This document shows positions 1 through 12,000 of a stretch of DNA of 64,000 nt, piece after piece (positions within the stretch are counted from its first letter, which is position 1; each line of letters opens with the position of its first letter). A program made the position numbers and the translations under genes. Under the pieces are notes generated by a model that was not told the origin of the DNA, ran no database searches, and was given only the letters and a program-made list of their open reading frames with translations. This DNA is from Styela clava. Lineage: Eukaryota. The DNA is taken from assembly GCF_964204865.1 (NCBI RefSeq), contig NC_135254.1:15562001-15626000 (forward strand). Direction: 5' to 3'.

Positions 1-3000
1 AATGCGTCTTGTGCGGAAGGGTGTGCTGCTAGGCTTTCAAAATTGACTAAATAAGCTTATTTCGCTATATATTATTTTTCCAAATAAGGTCATTTTCGCT
101 ATGAGAATACCCCAGATTCTAAAATAAAAAAGGCTTAGCTTCTAGTTGTGTGGCAAACTTCAGGTAAACCTCTTTAACATGAAATAATCAAATCGAATGC
201 CTCTTGTGCGGAAGGGTGTGCTGCTAGGCTTTGAAAATTGACTAAATAAGCTTATTTCGCTATATGTTATTTTTCCAAATAAGGTCATTTTCGCTATGAG
301 AATACCCCAGATTCTAAAATAAAAAGGCTTAGCTTCTAGTTGTGTGGCAAACTTCAGGTAAACCTCTTTAACATGAAATATTCAAATCGAATGCCTCTTG
401 TGCGGAAGGGTGTGCTGCTAGGCTTTGAAAATTGACTAAATTAGCTTTTTTCGCTATACGTAATTTTTCAAAATAAGGCCATTTTCGCCGTAAGAATAAC
501 GTAGATTCTGAAACAAAATGCTTAGGTTCTAGTTGTGTTGAACACTTCAGGTAATCTTCTTTAATGGGAAATAATCAAATCGAATGCCTCTTGTGCGGAA
601 GGGTGTGCTGCTAGGCTTTCAAAATTGACTAAATAAGCTTATTTCGCTATATATTATTTTTCCAAATAAGGCCATTTTCGCTATGAGAATACCCCAGATT
701 CTAAAATAAAAAAGGCTTAGCTTCTAGTTGTGTGGCAAATTTCAGGTAAACCACTTTAACATGAAATATTCAAATCGAATGCCTCTTGTGCGGAAGGGTG
801 TGCTGCTAGGCGTTGAAAATTGACTAAATTAGCTTTTTTCGCTATACGTAATTTTTCAAAATAAGGCCATTTTCGCCATAAGAATAACGTAGATTCTAAA
901 ATAAAAAAGGCTTAGGTTCTAGTTGTGTGGCAAACTTCAGGTAAACCTTTTTAACATGAAATAATCAAATCGAATGCCTCTTGTGCGGAAGGGTGTGCTG
1001 CTAGGCTTTGAAAATTGACTAAATAAGCTTATTTCGCTATATGTTATTTTTCCAAATAAGGTCATTTTCGCCATGAGAAAAACGTAGATTCTAAAATAAA
1101 AAAGGCTTAGCTTCTAGTTGTGTGGCAAACTTCAGGTAAACCTCTTTAACATGAAATAATCAAATCGAATGCCTCTTGTGCGGAAGGGTGTGCTGCTAGG
1201 CTGTGAAAATTGACTAAATTAGCTTTTTTCGCTATACGTAATTTTTCAAAATAAGGCCATTCTCGCCATAAGAATAACGTAGATTCTAAAATAAAAAAGG
1301 CTTAGGTTTTATTTGTGTGGCAAACTTCAGGTAAACCTTTTTAACATGAAATAATCAAATCGAATGCCTCTTGTGCGGAAGGGTGTGCTGCTAGGCTTTC
1401 AAAATTGACTAAATTAGCTTTTTTCGCTATGCGTAATTTTTTCAATTAGGGCCATTTTTGCCATGAGAAAAACGTAGATTCTAAAATAAAAAAGGCTTAG
1501 CTTCTAGTTGTGTGGCAAACTTCAGGTAAACCTCTTTAACATGAAATAATCAAATCGAATGCCTCTTGTGCGGAAGGGTGTGCTGCTAGGCTTTGAAAAT
1601 TGACTAAATAAGCTTATTTCGCTATATGTTATTTTTCCAAATAAGGCCATTTTCGCTATGAGAATACCCCAGATTCTAAAATAAAAAAGGCTTAGCTTCT
1701 AGTTGTGTGGCAAACTTCAGGTAAACCTCTTTAACATGAAATAATCAAATCGAATGCCTCTTGTGCGGAAGGGTGTGCTGCTAGGCTTTGAAAATTGACT
1801 AAATAAGCTTATTTCGCTATATGTTATTTTTCCAAATAAGGCCATTTTCGCTATGAGAATACCCCAGATTCTAAAATAAAAAAGGCTTAGCTTCTAGTTG
1901 TGTGGCAAACTTCAGGTAAACCTCTTTAACATGAAATAATCAAATCGAATGCCTCTTGTGCGGAAGGGTGTGCTGCTAGGCTTTGAAAATTGACTAAATT
2001 AGCTTTTTTCGCTATACGTAATTTTTCAAAATAAGGCCATTTTCGCCATAAGAATAACGTAGATTCTAAAATAAAAAAGGCTTAGGTTTTATTTGTGTGG
2101 CAAACTTCAGGTAGACCTTTTTAACATGAAATAATTAAATCGAATGCCTCTTGTGCGGAAGGGTGTGCTGCTAGGCTTTGAAAATTGACCAAATAAGCTT
2201 ATTTCGCTATATGTTATTTTTCCAAATAAGGCCATTTTCGCTATGAGAATACCCCAGATTCTAAAATAAAAAAGGCTTAGCTTCTAGTTGTGTGGCAAAC
2301 TTCAGGTAAACCTCTTTAACATGAAATAATCAAATCGAATGCCTCTTGTGCGGAAGGGTGTGCTGCTAGGCTTTGAAAATTGACTAAATTAGCTTTTTTC
2401 GCTATACGTAATTTTCAGAATAAGGCCATTTTCGCCATAAGAATAACGTAGATTCTGAAACAAAAAAGGCTTAGGTTCTAGTTGTGTGGAAAACTTCAGG
2501 TAATCTTCTTTAATGGGAAATAATCAAATCGAATGCCTCTTGTGCGGAAGGGTGTGCTGCTAGGCTTTCAAAATTGACTAAATTAGCTTTTTTCGCTATG
2601 CGTAATTTTTCTAATTAGGGCCATTTTCGCCATGAGAAAAACGTAGATTCTAAAATAAAAAAGGCTTAGGTTCTAGTTGTGTGGAAAACTTCAGGTAAAC
2701 CCCTTTAACATGAAATAATCAAATCGAATGCCTCTTGTGCGGAAGGGTTTGCTGTCAGGCTTTGAAAATTGACTAAATTAGCTTTTTTCGCTATACGTAA
2801 TTTTTCAAAATAAGGCCATTTTCGCCATAAGAATAACGTAGATTCTAAAATAAAAAAGGCTTAGGTTTTACTTGTGTGGCAAACTTCAGGTAAACCTTTT
2901 TAACATGAAATAATCAAATCGAATGCCTCTTGTGCGGAAGGGTGTGCTGCTAGGCTTTGAAAATTGACTAAATAAGCTTATTTCGCTATATGTTTTTTTC

Positions 3001-3960
3001 CAAATAAGGCCATTTTCGCTATGAGAATACCCCAGATTCTAAAATAAAAAAGGCTTAGCTTCTAGTTGTGTGGCAAACTTCAGGTAAACCTCTTTAACAT
3101 GAAATAATCAAATCGAATGCCTCTTGTGCGGAAGGGTGTGCTGATAGGCTTTGAAAATTGACTAAATTAGCTTTTTTCGCTATACGTAATTTTTCAAAAT
3201 AAGGCCATTTTCGCCATAAGAATAACGTAGATTCTAAAATAAAAAAGGCTTAGGTTCTAGTTGTGTGAAAAACTTCAGATAAACCTCTTTAACGTGAAAT
3301 AATCAAATTGAATGCCTCTTGTGCGGAAGAGTGTGCTGCTAGGCTTTGAAAATGGACTACATTAGCTTTTTTCGCTATACCTAATTTTTCCAAATAAGGC
3401 CATTTTCGCTATGAGAATACCCCAGATTCTAAAATAAAAAAGGCTTAGGTTCTAGTTGTGTGAAAAACTTCTGGTAATCTTATTTAATGGAAAATAATCA
3501 AACCGAATGCCTCTTGTGGGGAAGGGTGTGCAGCTGGGCTTTGAAAATTGACTAAATTATCTTTTGTCGATATACGTATTTTTTTCAAACAAGGCCATAT
3601 TCGCTATGAGAATACCCTTGATTTTAAAATGAAAAAGGCTTAGGTTCTAGTTGAGTGAAAAACTTCAGGTAAACTTCTTTAATAACAAATAATGAAATCG
3701 AATGTCTTTTGTGCAGAAGGGTGTGTTGCTGGACTTTGAAAATTGACTAGATTTAACTTTTTTCGTTATACGTAATTTTCCCAAATAAGGTCATTTTCGC
3801 TATGAGAAAAACGTAGATTCTAAAATAAAAAAAAAGACTTAGGTTCTAGTTGTGGGAAAAAATTAACCTCTTTATTAATAAATAATGAAATCGAATGCCT
3901 CTCCCGCGGAAGGGATTTTTGCTTGGATTTGAAATTATCTGGCTTATTTGCTTTTTCGAA
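1..3960. repeat. Tandem satellite array, ~195-bp monomer, ~20 copies, truncated by window start
   Basis: Anchor aatgcctcttgtgcggaagggtgtgctg recurs at 1,197,390,583,778,973,1168,1363,1558,1753,1948,2143,2338,2532,2727,2922,3116,3311,3506,3701,3894; the last monomers are increasingly diverged. Confidence 0.98.
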
Positions 3961-4727
3961 GGAAGTTAAATAAAATTCGTTTCCCCTTTTTTTTGTTTTT
4001 TCATTCCTTTTCAAGCTTTTATTTTTTATTTTTTGCTATATAATTGTTATTTTTCCTAAATTATAAACATATTTCCCATAATAGTATGCTAATTTCGTTT
4101 ATCTTCATTTTTTCGGGTGTAGATTTTGACACGCCTCCATTTCTGCCATAAATATTAACCTTTCCGCTTCGCCGCACACAAAGGTCAAATTGCTACTAGC
4201 TTCACAGTGGTAAATTGTACGGTAATCGTTTTCCTCGTTTTTTTAGGTACATGTACCGGTAACGGACTTGTCAGAATATGGCTAGGGTAAGCTAGGCATT
4301 TAACACATCCACTAACCTCCAGTTATGCAAATACTGGTACCGTTTGGCTCAGCCTGTCTTACTGTCTTAGGGTTGTCTTTTCAAGTCTTGACGTCGAATT
4401 CCGGTACCGTACACGAAACAATACGGTACCCGTAACGTTTTTATTTTTATGTTCTGATGTTAGAGGTAAAACAGTAGAGAACCAAGAAGGAACAGATTTA
4501 TGGATTATAGGGATCCCATTCAAATAGCTTACCGATACCAGGATACAGCTTACCCATGCTGGTTGGAAATACTTTCATACACAATCAGACAATGCGCATG
4601 CGATAAAAGACTAGGCTCGATCGTCGTAATTTTATACGTATTTTGTTAATAAAAAAGGAAAAACCTATTTCGGTAGTGTACTGTTAGGTTATGATTTCCT
4701 TAAATTGTTTCGTTATGACGAAGTCTG

Positions 4728-5198
4728 GGGTCTCATGTAGTTTCTTACCTAACATACTTCTAGTGGGCGTAGCATGTCAATTTTTTTACGTATCAATCCT
4801 AACCCCCACCTGACTATACCATCTGAAAATTACGTCATTACGACGTCACAGTGACGTAATAGAGCCCTTCAAACTATACGAACTGCCATCCAAGACGTGC
4901 AAACGAGCACCCGAAATCCAAACGAGCACCCGAAATCGAACAGTTGTTTTTCTCGTTTTCTCGTCGCAACGATTCCAATAGGAGAGAGACCGATAACGTC
5001 AGTCAGTTCTTTATCGTCGGCGCCAATGCCATTTCGGTGGATCGTGAGTATATTTGGCAAGCTCTATGACGTGATTGTGATGTCGTAGTGATTTAATTTT
5101 TGGATGGCGTAATCAGATGGGGGTTAGGATTGACATATCAAAAAATTGTTATGCTACGCCCACTAGAAGTACGTTAGGTACGAAACTACACGAGACCC
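4728..5198. mobile_element. MITE with long (~130 bp) imperfect TIRs gggtctc...gagaccc and 8-bp TSD
   Basis: TSD gaagtctg at 4720-4727 and 5199-5206; ends are reverse-complementary. Confidence 0.9.
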
Positions 5199-5207
5199 GA
5201 AGTCTGG

Positions 5208-5680
5208 GGGTCTCTTGAAGTACACGCCGCACATACGTCTAGTTGGCCTGGCTCAATAATTTTGCATATGTCATTTCTGACCCCCACCTGACTACGTCAT
5301 TCGAAAATTACATCACTGCAAATTCGCAGTGTCGTAATAGGCCTACAGACCTCCCAAGCCCTTTCGGCTGTACAGATGGTCGCCCAGACAATCATCCGAA
5401 ATCGAGCTAGCTATTTCTCTCGTTTTCTCCTTGAAACGATACCGATAACAGAGAAGTCGCTGACGTTAGTGAGTTTATTATAGTCGGCACAGATGTCATT
5501 TTGGACGATTGTAGCTATACTTTAGCAAGCTCTATGACGCAATTGTGACATCGCATGTAATGTAATTTTTGGCTGACGTCTGGACGTACAAAGGTGAGGG
5601 TTAGAAATATTATATTAATAAAATCGTTATGCTACTCTCACTCACTAGAAGTACTTGACGGCACGTACTTCAGGAGGCCC
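5208..5680. mobile_element. Related, more diverged MITE (gggtctc...gaggccc) with 8-bp TSD
   Basis: TSD aagtctgg at 5200-5207 and 5681-5688; internal sequence similar to 4728-5198. Confidence 0.85.
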
Positions 5681-5784
5681 AAGTCTGGAAGTGGAGATGA
5701 ACTTGAAAGTTCCAACGCAAACGAACCTTGATTTTTAACATGGCTCTATGGTGCAATCATTATAAAATAGCTTTACGCCTTGAG

Positions 5785-6048
5785 CAATGTTCCCTCTAAT
5801 TTTTTGTAGTATGTGTGCGCAGAAATTTTGGTGTGTGCGCACTTTTTTGGAAATGACTAATATTTGTGCAAAAACCAATGAAGAAATTTTGGCGTTCTAA
5901 CCGGGTAATAAGTGGGCCAACAACAATTTTCTCAACCTGCCAACCGAGCACATTGTTATATTACATCGAAATAAATAAATCTATGCGTGTGCGCAGCCTC
6001 TGAAAGCTGTGTGCGCGCGCACACGCGCACACCGTAGAGGGAACACTG
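5785..6048. mobile_element. hAT-type MITE
   Basis: TIR caatgttccctcta / tagagggaacactg; perfect 8-bp TSD gccttgag at 5777-5784 and 6049-6056. Confidence 0.92.
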
Positions 6049-6283
6049 GCCTTGAGTGCCTGATAATTTTCGTGAAAACAAGTTTCTTTTTATGGCCATA
6101 AAAACTATGATTTAATAATGTTCGAAAGTTTGACCCACGTGACATTGTAATAATATTTTGATACATTATAATCGAGCCATGTTGCAGTGTTGCTCTGCAT
6201 TTGCCAAAACATCATTTGGCCATGGTATTCATTTTAATTCAGTATTTTATAACTATGCATTTACAGGACTATATTATTTAATA

Positions 6284-8077
6284 ATGAAACGTCCTAAACT
6301 AAAAAAGGCAAGCAAACGAATGACATGTCGACTGAAATTTAAGATACAAAAGAGGGTCAAGGAACATCACCGAAAAGCTCGCAAGGAAAGCAAGAAAAAC
6401 GGAAAAGGAGCAAAAAAGAAAGATCCTGGTATCCCGAATGACTGTCCGTTTAAAGAAGAAATTCTCAGAGAGGCAGAAATACGAAAACAAAGACTAGCTG
6501 AGCAAAAAGAACGACAAAAAGAAGAAAGACGAAAGATGTTTAATAAACAGCGTGATCTTAAAATTGAGGGCAATGACTTGGAAAGTTTTCAGAAAGGCAT
6601 ATTGAAAAGGCAAAAAGATTTTGAAAAAATTTCATCCAAGTTTGGAGGAAAAGATTCAAATGAAACGAAGAATCTTGTTCACGAGAACTCTCGGCGGGCA
6701 TATTACAAAGAATTTAAAAAAGTTATTGAATCTGCTGATGTAATTTTAGAGGTAGTTGATGCCAGAGATCCAATAGGATGCAGATGTGCTGAAGTTGAGA
6801 AGGCTGTCTTGGATTCTGGATTGAATAAAAGAATCATACTAGTTTTAAACAAAATTGACCTTGTCCCCAAAGAGAATGTGGAAGCTTGGCTCAAGTATCT
6901 TCGAGCTGAGTTTCCAACAGTTGCTTTTAAAGCAAGTACACAGTCACAAAGACAGAATTTGAGTCAGAATCGAGTTCCGGTTCGCGAGTTAAACAAGGAT
7001 CTCTTGCTGAAATCCAGTAAATGTCTCGGTGCCGATAATCTCCTCAAATTGTTAGGTAATTACTGTCGGAACGCCGACATCAAAACGAGCATCACTGTCG
7101 GGGTTGTTGGATTCCCAAATGTTGGAAAGAGCAGTATAATCAACAGTTTGAAGAGAGCTAAAGCTTGTAACGTAGGAGCCACTCCTGGGGTTACAAAATC
7201 CGTGCAACCTGTGAACATTGATAAGAATATCAAGATCTTGGATTGTCCTGGAATCGTAATGGCAAGTGGTAACGAGGCCACGGCAGTTTTAAGGAATTGC
7301 GTCAGAGTTGAAAGCATTGAAGATCCAGTTACACCTGTGGACGCTATTTTGAAAAGATGTAACAAACAACAGATGATCATGCATTATAATATTAGTAACT
7401 ACGAAAATACAAATGAGTTTTTATCACAGTTAGCAAGGCGGCAAGGTAAATTGAAAAAAGGTGGTATTCCGAATGTCAACAAAGCAGCAAGATCAGTGCT
7501 TAATGACTGGAACAGTGGCAAGATAAGCTACTACACACACCCACCTGAAGATGTATCGAGAAAATCACAAGTATCTGCTGAGATTGTTTCAAAAATGGCG
7601 AAAGAATTCGATTGGGCGTCACTTGAATCTGATAATTTAGCAACATTGAATGCCGTTCGAGGTAATCCATCACTATCCGGAGGCGTTGTATTTGAATCAA
7701 TCGGCCACATGGAAACTGAGGAAAACATTGAAGAAGATAGCGATGTTGAAGAAATGCAAGAAAGCGATGATGACATAGAAATGGGAAAAATCACTATGCG
7801 AAGCACAAAACAGAAAAAAGTCGAAGTAACCAAACCGGAAGGAGATAAACATTCCGCAATCAGACACGTCTCTGCAGCGGATGAACTACAAAGTTCTGGC
7901 AGCAATATACAAGCAAATAAAGGTTTGAAGGACATGATGAAAAAGAACAAAAAGAAAAAGAAACGTGCTGATGTTTTATCTGATAAACTTGGAGAATCTC
8001 TCATGTCTGCAATGGATTTCCGTGACGGTGACAAAGACCAAGAATATGATTTTGAATCTGATTTTAATATGAATTAA
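6284..8077 (+). CDS. GNL3: Nucleolar circularly permuted GTPase, GNL3/nucleostemin (GNL3/GNL3L/Grn1) family, 597 aa, single coding exon
   Basis: N-terminus MKRPKLKKASKRMTC...KKDPGIPN; permuted G motifs NKID (G4), GFPNVGKS (G1), ATPGVT (G2), DCPG (G3); acidic C-terminal region. ATG at 6284 follows acceptor-like tttacag (6260-6266); the ORF-track start at 6158 is TTG. Confidence 0.93.
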   Translation: MKRPKLKKASKRMTCRLKFKIQKRVKEHHRKARKESKKNGKGAKKKDPGIPNDCPFKEEILREAEIRKQRLAEQKERQKEERRKMFNKQRDLKIEGNDLESFQKGILKRQKDFEKISSKFGGKDSNETKNLVHENSRRAYYKEFKKVIESADVILEVVDARDPIGCRCAEVEKAVLDSGLNKRIILVLNKIDLVPKENVEAWLKYLRAEFPTVAFKASTQSQRQNLSQNRVPVRELNKDLLLKSSKCLGADNLLKLLGNYCRNADIKTSITVGVVGFPNVGKSSIINSLKRAKACNVGATPGVTKSVQPVNIDKNIKILDCPGIVMASGNEATAVLRNCVRVESIEDPVTPVDAILKRCNKQQMIMHYNISNYENTNEFLSQLARRQGKLKKGGIPNVNKAARSVLNDWNSGKISYYTHPPEDVSRKSQVSAEIVSKMAKEFDWASLESDNLATLNAVRGNPSLSGGVVFESIGHMETEENIEEDSDVEEMQESDDDIEMGKITMRSTKQKKVEVTKPEGDKHSAIRHVSAADELQSSGSNIQANKGLKDMMKKNKKKKKRADVLSDKLGESLMSAMDFRDGDKDQEYDFESDFNMN

Positions 8078-9068
8078 TAATGCTTAGATTCAGATACAGA
8101 AATATTATTGGGACTAACAATTAATTTCAGACGGATAATACCTTAATTTCCCGTTCTATTGTTCGTTTACTCCATATCTCGATAAAGCCATCAATCCGGT
8201 ATTACATGAAATATTATTCACAAGTACCTTTGAAATTCTGAGTGAAAAATTATCAAAGCATTAAAATTTCAATAGAGTATTCCTTTCTAACAAAATTATC
8301 ATGTTAAAAATCCAATGTTAGCAGCTATATCAAATTGGTTTATTTCATATTTTTTCTTTTAGTAATGTGATATCATATAAATGTTTACATTGCTTTTGCC
8401 TGGTTAATAAAATAGAGGGAATAAAGATGCAATGCCTTTTTCTGGTCAATAAATAGCGGTCATACGGCACATGATTGCATATTTATTTCTTACTGGGTAG
8501 CCACTGCTGCTTGAGGTCAGAGCCTTAGGGAGACTTCATAAAACCTCTGTGGTTTGAATACTGCCGTTATCTCAAGCACAATTCAACTAACTGTTCATTA
8601 CTATCATCTCTTTCAGCATTGAGTAGTTCCTGAATCGGTTTACAGGTCGTAGTCATCAGAGTCCCGCTGCCGGTTAGTCAAGCACGAGATAAATGGGACT
8701 CAAATTGATCTCTTGTTACTGCAACCAATGCTAATTACAATTGTATGTTTTCTCTTAAAATAGCATGTCAACAACCTGGATATATCGTATTTTTCTCATA
8801 AATCAACAACGTCTTATACTATTCGAATGCTGCGCTACCCTGATCCAAACTGGTTCTTCATGCAGATAACAAACAAAACCATTTATTAGTACTCTGTAAC
8901 GCATATATATGGTTCATTAAAAAACACAAGAAGTTATTAAAATTATCTGCGAATCAAATAATGTTGGCAAAGATTTTTTCCAAGGGGCTCTAATTCAGGG
9001 AACATTACCATATACCACATTATGACAACGCAGTAATGTTATGTGCAACTATTTTTATATGCATAAAA

Positions 9069-12000
9069 TTACGATACATCGCCTGAGAGTATATCATAAA
9101 CACTGTATTTTGATTTAAACTTATTAAGCATAGGTTGAGAAATAACAACATCAAATATAAAATGAAAATCTCCATCAGTTTTTACATCATTCACATTTGC
9201 AAATTGATTAAACCAATCCATATGGTCACCATCAGCCGGAACTTTTATTTTACAATAAGAACTTCCAGTAACTTTTACTAATCGATCGTGTATTATTTTA
9301 TTCAATTCATCTAAACCAGGCCCCTCTGTGGCAGATACCATACATGTAGATGACGGTTGAAGATAGAGGTGGTGGCGCTTCAGCTTTTTACCACGTTTTG
9401 AATAGGCAGCTTCTTTTTGAATTGGAATTGAAGAATCTTTTCTGTAATGTAGCGAAGCATAAGTACAAATAAAGTTTTCTTAGTATACCAGCGGTTCCCA
9501 AACGCAAAATCATTTCTCCGCAATTTGAACTTTTGGCGTAACGGTTAAATGATAAAACTTAATTGTGTTGCAGATTGCACCTTTCGAGTTCGAATCCGAA
9601 GCCCCCACCTCACCCACGCTATAATAAAATTGATAGACAATGTCGCCCCATATCTGTCCTTCAATCAAAAGCAGCTGGTATAGTGCCTTGCTTGGAGTGA
9701 AAGGCAATGATAAGCGATGTATAAAAATACTAGTCTTAAAATAATGAAGTCTATTCAAAAATTTATTGTATGTTAAAGTATTTCCTTGTTTCACTAGTTT
9801 TGTATATATCTACTGGAGTTTCTTTAACCAACGACGAGGATCCACTCAAGCAGAGATGACTATAAGATTGAGACCACCAAATATAAACAATTTTGATACT
9901 AATTGAATAAAGAAAAAAACATACTGAAATTCAGATGTCTGAATAATATAAAAACATGAACCAGCATTCATACAGGGTGACTAAGAAACAGAACCCATAA
10001 ATTTCTCAATTCTGCAAAAATGCATGAAATTAATTTAACACTTAAATTTCCCATTGTTTATGATTGTACCCAAACGTTTAGGTAAACTAGGAAAGAAGCT
10101 TTGCACAAAAGTCTCTTACTGTACATAATTATGTTCCGACAGATCTGTTTTTTTGGGGATCACCCTGTACCAAAAGTTGACCATTTCTTAGACACGACAT
10201 ATGGATACTAAAATCTGGATGAACGAACTCTTAGAAAAATTAGAATTAGACGAATCACAATGTAGACACAAATGCAAGTAAAATTATATAACTTACTGTT
10301 CAATATTTCGAGTATCTGGCAATAAATCAATTTTATTTTGAACTTCTATCATATTTTCTAGTAGTTTTTCCGGCAAATTGAGATCCGATAATACTTTATA
10401 AACATTCATCTTCTGATTTTTGTAGTCTGGATGACTTATATCACTCACATGAATTATCATATCCTGAAAATAGAGGTAATGTTAGAATTTTTCCATTATT
10501 GGAGTTCTATAAAGAAATCTTTTTTCTCTCTAACTACTGGACCAATTGTTTTGAAATTTTCAGTGGTTGAATATCGTGGTCATCGCTAAAAGGCTATTAC
10601 TTTTATTTATCCTAAATTTTCTATAATTCCTATAAGATTTGATATTTTATCCAATTTTTATTCATGAGAACACAACGAAACGTCAGTCTTCGGATTTTGA
10701 TTTCGTGCTACGCAAAAGTCTAGAGCTTCACGCTACTGGTGACTTACTGTAAACTACGTACGTTAGGTTACCGTTGAAAGATTGTCGAAACATTTGGTAA
10801 TTTCATTCGCGCTGGCACAATACACATGAATCATCATCATGACAGGACCAGGTAAAGCTAGGAAAGTTTGGGTACCGGTACTAGTAAGTTCAGAAGTTGC
10901 AGCTTCATCCGAGATATATTTTTGGGGAACATTTTGAGTAAAATATTTCAATTTGGCTTTCGTGTTTACATATTTGAGCATTTCTCCCTCCTGTTATTAT
11001 TCTAAACTGCATGTTATATTCATATATTTGTTTTTATGTTTTTTGGAAAAAAGGTGAAAAAGTACATCTTCAAGAAAAATTGGACTTACAGCTTGTAACA
11101 TATCCTCCATTGTAGCACTAAAAGCATCAATAAGTGAATGAGGTAAATCAGATAAAAATCCCACAGTGTCAATTAATAAGTATCTGAAAAATATCGGGTT
11201 TTAAAAATTTTTAAGCATGAGGGAACAAATTTCTTATCTTTTGCGTAACTCTTATCTGATACCAATATCCCTTTTTCACATATTATTTGACTTGCAGACT
11301 GATTATGCAGCCCAACTAGGTGTTGCCACATCAAAAAGCATTGCTCGCCATTGTAAGTGGAACATAATAGCAGCTCATCAATAGAGGCTATTTCACAAAA
11401 TGTGTCCATGCATCCAGAACTACTCCCAAGTGTCACACTACACATAGACTGGTAACCGGGCAGGTAGTTATGTTTGTTCATAACTGAACACTTTTATCCA
11501 ATTTTTATGTTCTTATGAGTAAATTTGTAAATCCTAAACATGTGCATAATATGTTGCGTTTATTTTCATCAGGTCAGTAATCATTTCAAGCAGTATACTT
11601 TTTGTAGGGTGTTTGTGGCTCCCAATCTTTGTTGTTAAATTCTTCCCTTCGCCTAATTTGGAATTCTTCATTTCTACCTCGCTATGCATAAAAACTCCCT
11701 TTATTTATTCAATCTTTAATAGATCCTCAGCTAGTGTTATGCACAAGCCATTTTTGTACAGTTTAAGTACCAGTTCGAAGATGTGTGCATAAATAATTAT
11801 TATGATAATAATAAAGAACTGAAGAATATTATAATCGTAATACTAGAGCAAATACAAAGCCCGAAGCAATTTGGTAATGTTGGTTCTTCTTGTGTTTTCT
11901 CTAAAACAGGGATGTCTAACCCGCGAGCCGCATGTGGCCCACAGATAGAATTTGTGCGACCCACGTGTAGTTTTTATATAAATACCGACATATAAACATA

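Noticed and set aside
1-3960. CRISPR array or tandem RNA genes
   Set aside because: The whole monomer repeats with no unique spacers; eukaryotic context; no resemblance to 5S, tRNA or snRNA that I recognise
6158-6283. N-terminal extension of GNL3 in the ORF track
   Set aside because: Starts at TTG, lies mostly upstream of a splice acceptor, and family similarity begins at MKRPK (6284)
7531-8034. 167-aa minus-strand ORF
   Set aside because: Antisense shadow of GNL3
8460-8730. Coding-looking minus-strand stretch with an in-frame TGA (selenoprotein or snoRNA?)
   Set aside because: No recognisable homology, SECIS or box C/D structure; could be UTR or a decayed fragment
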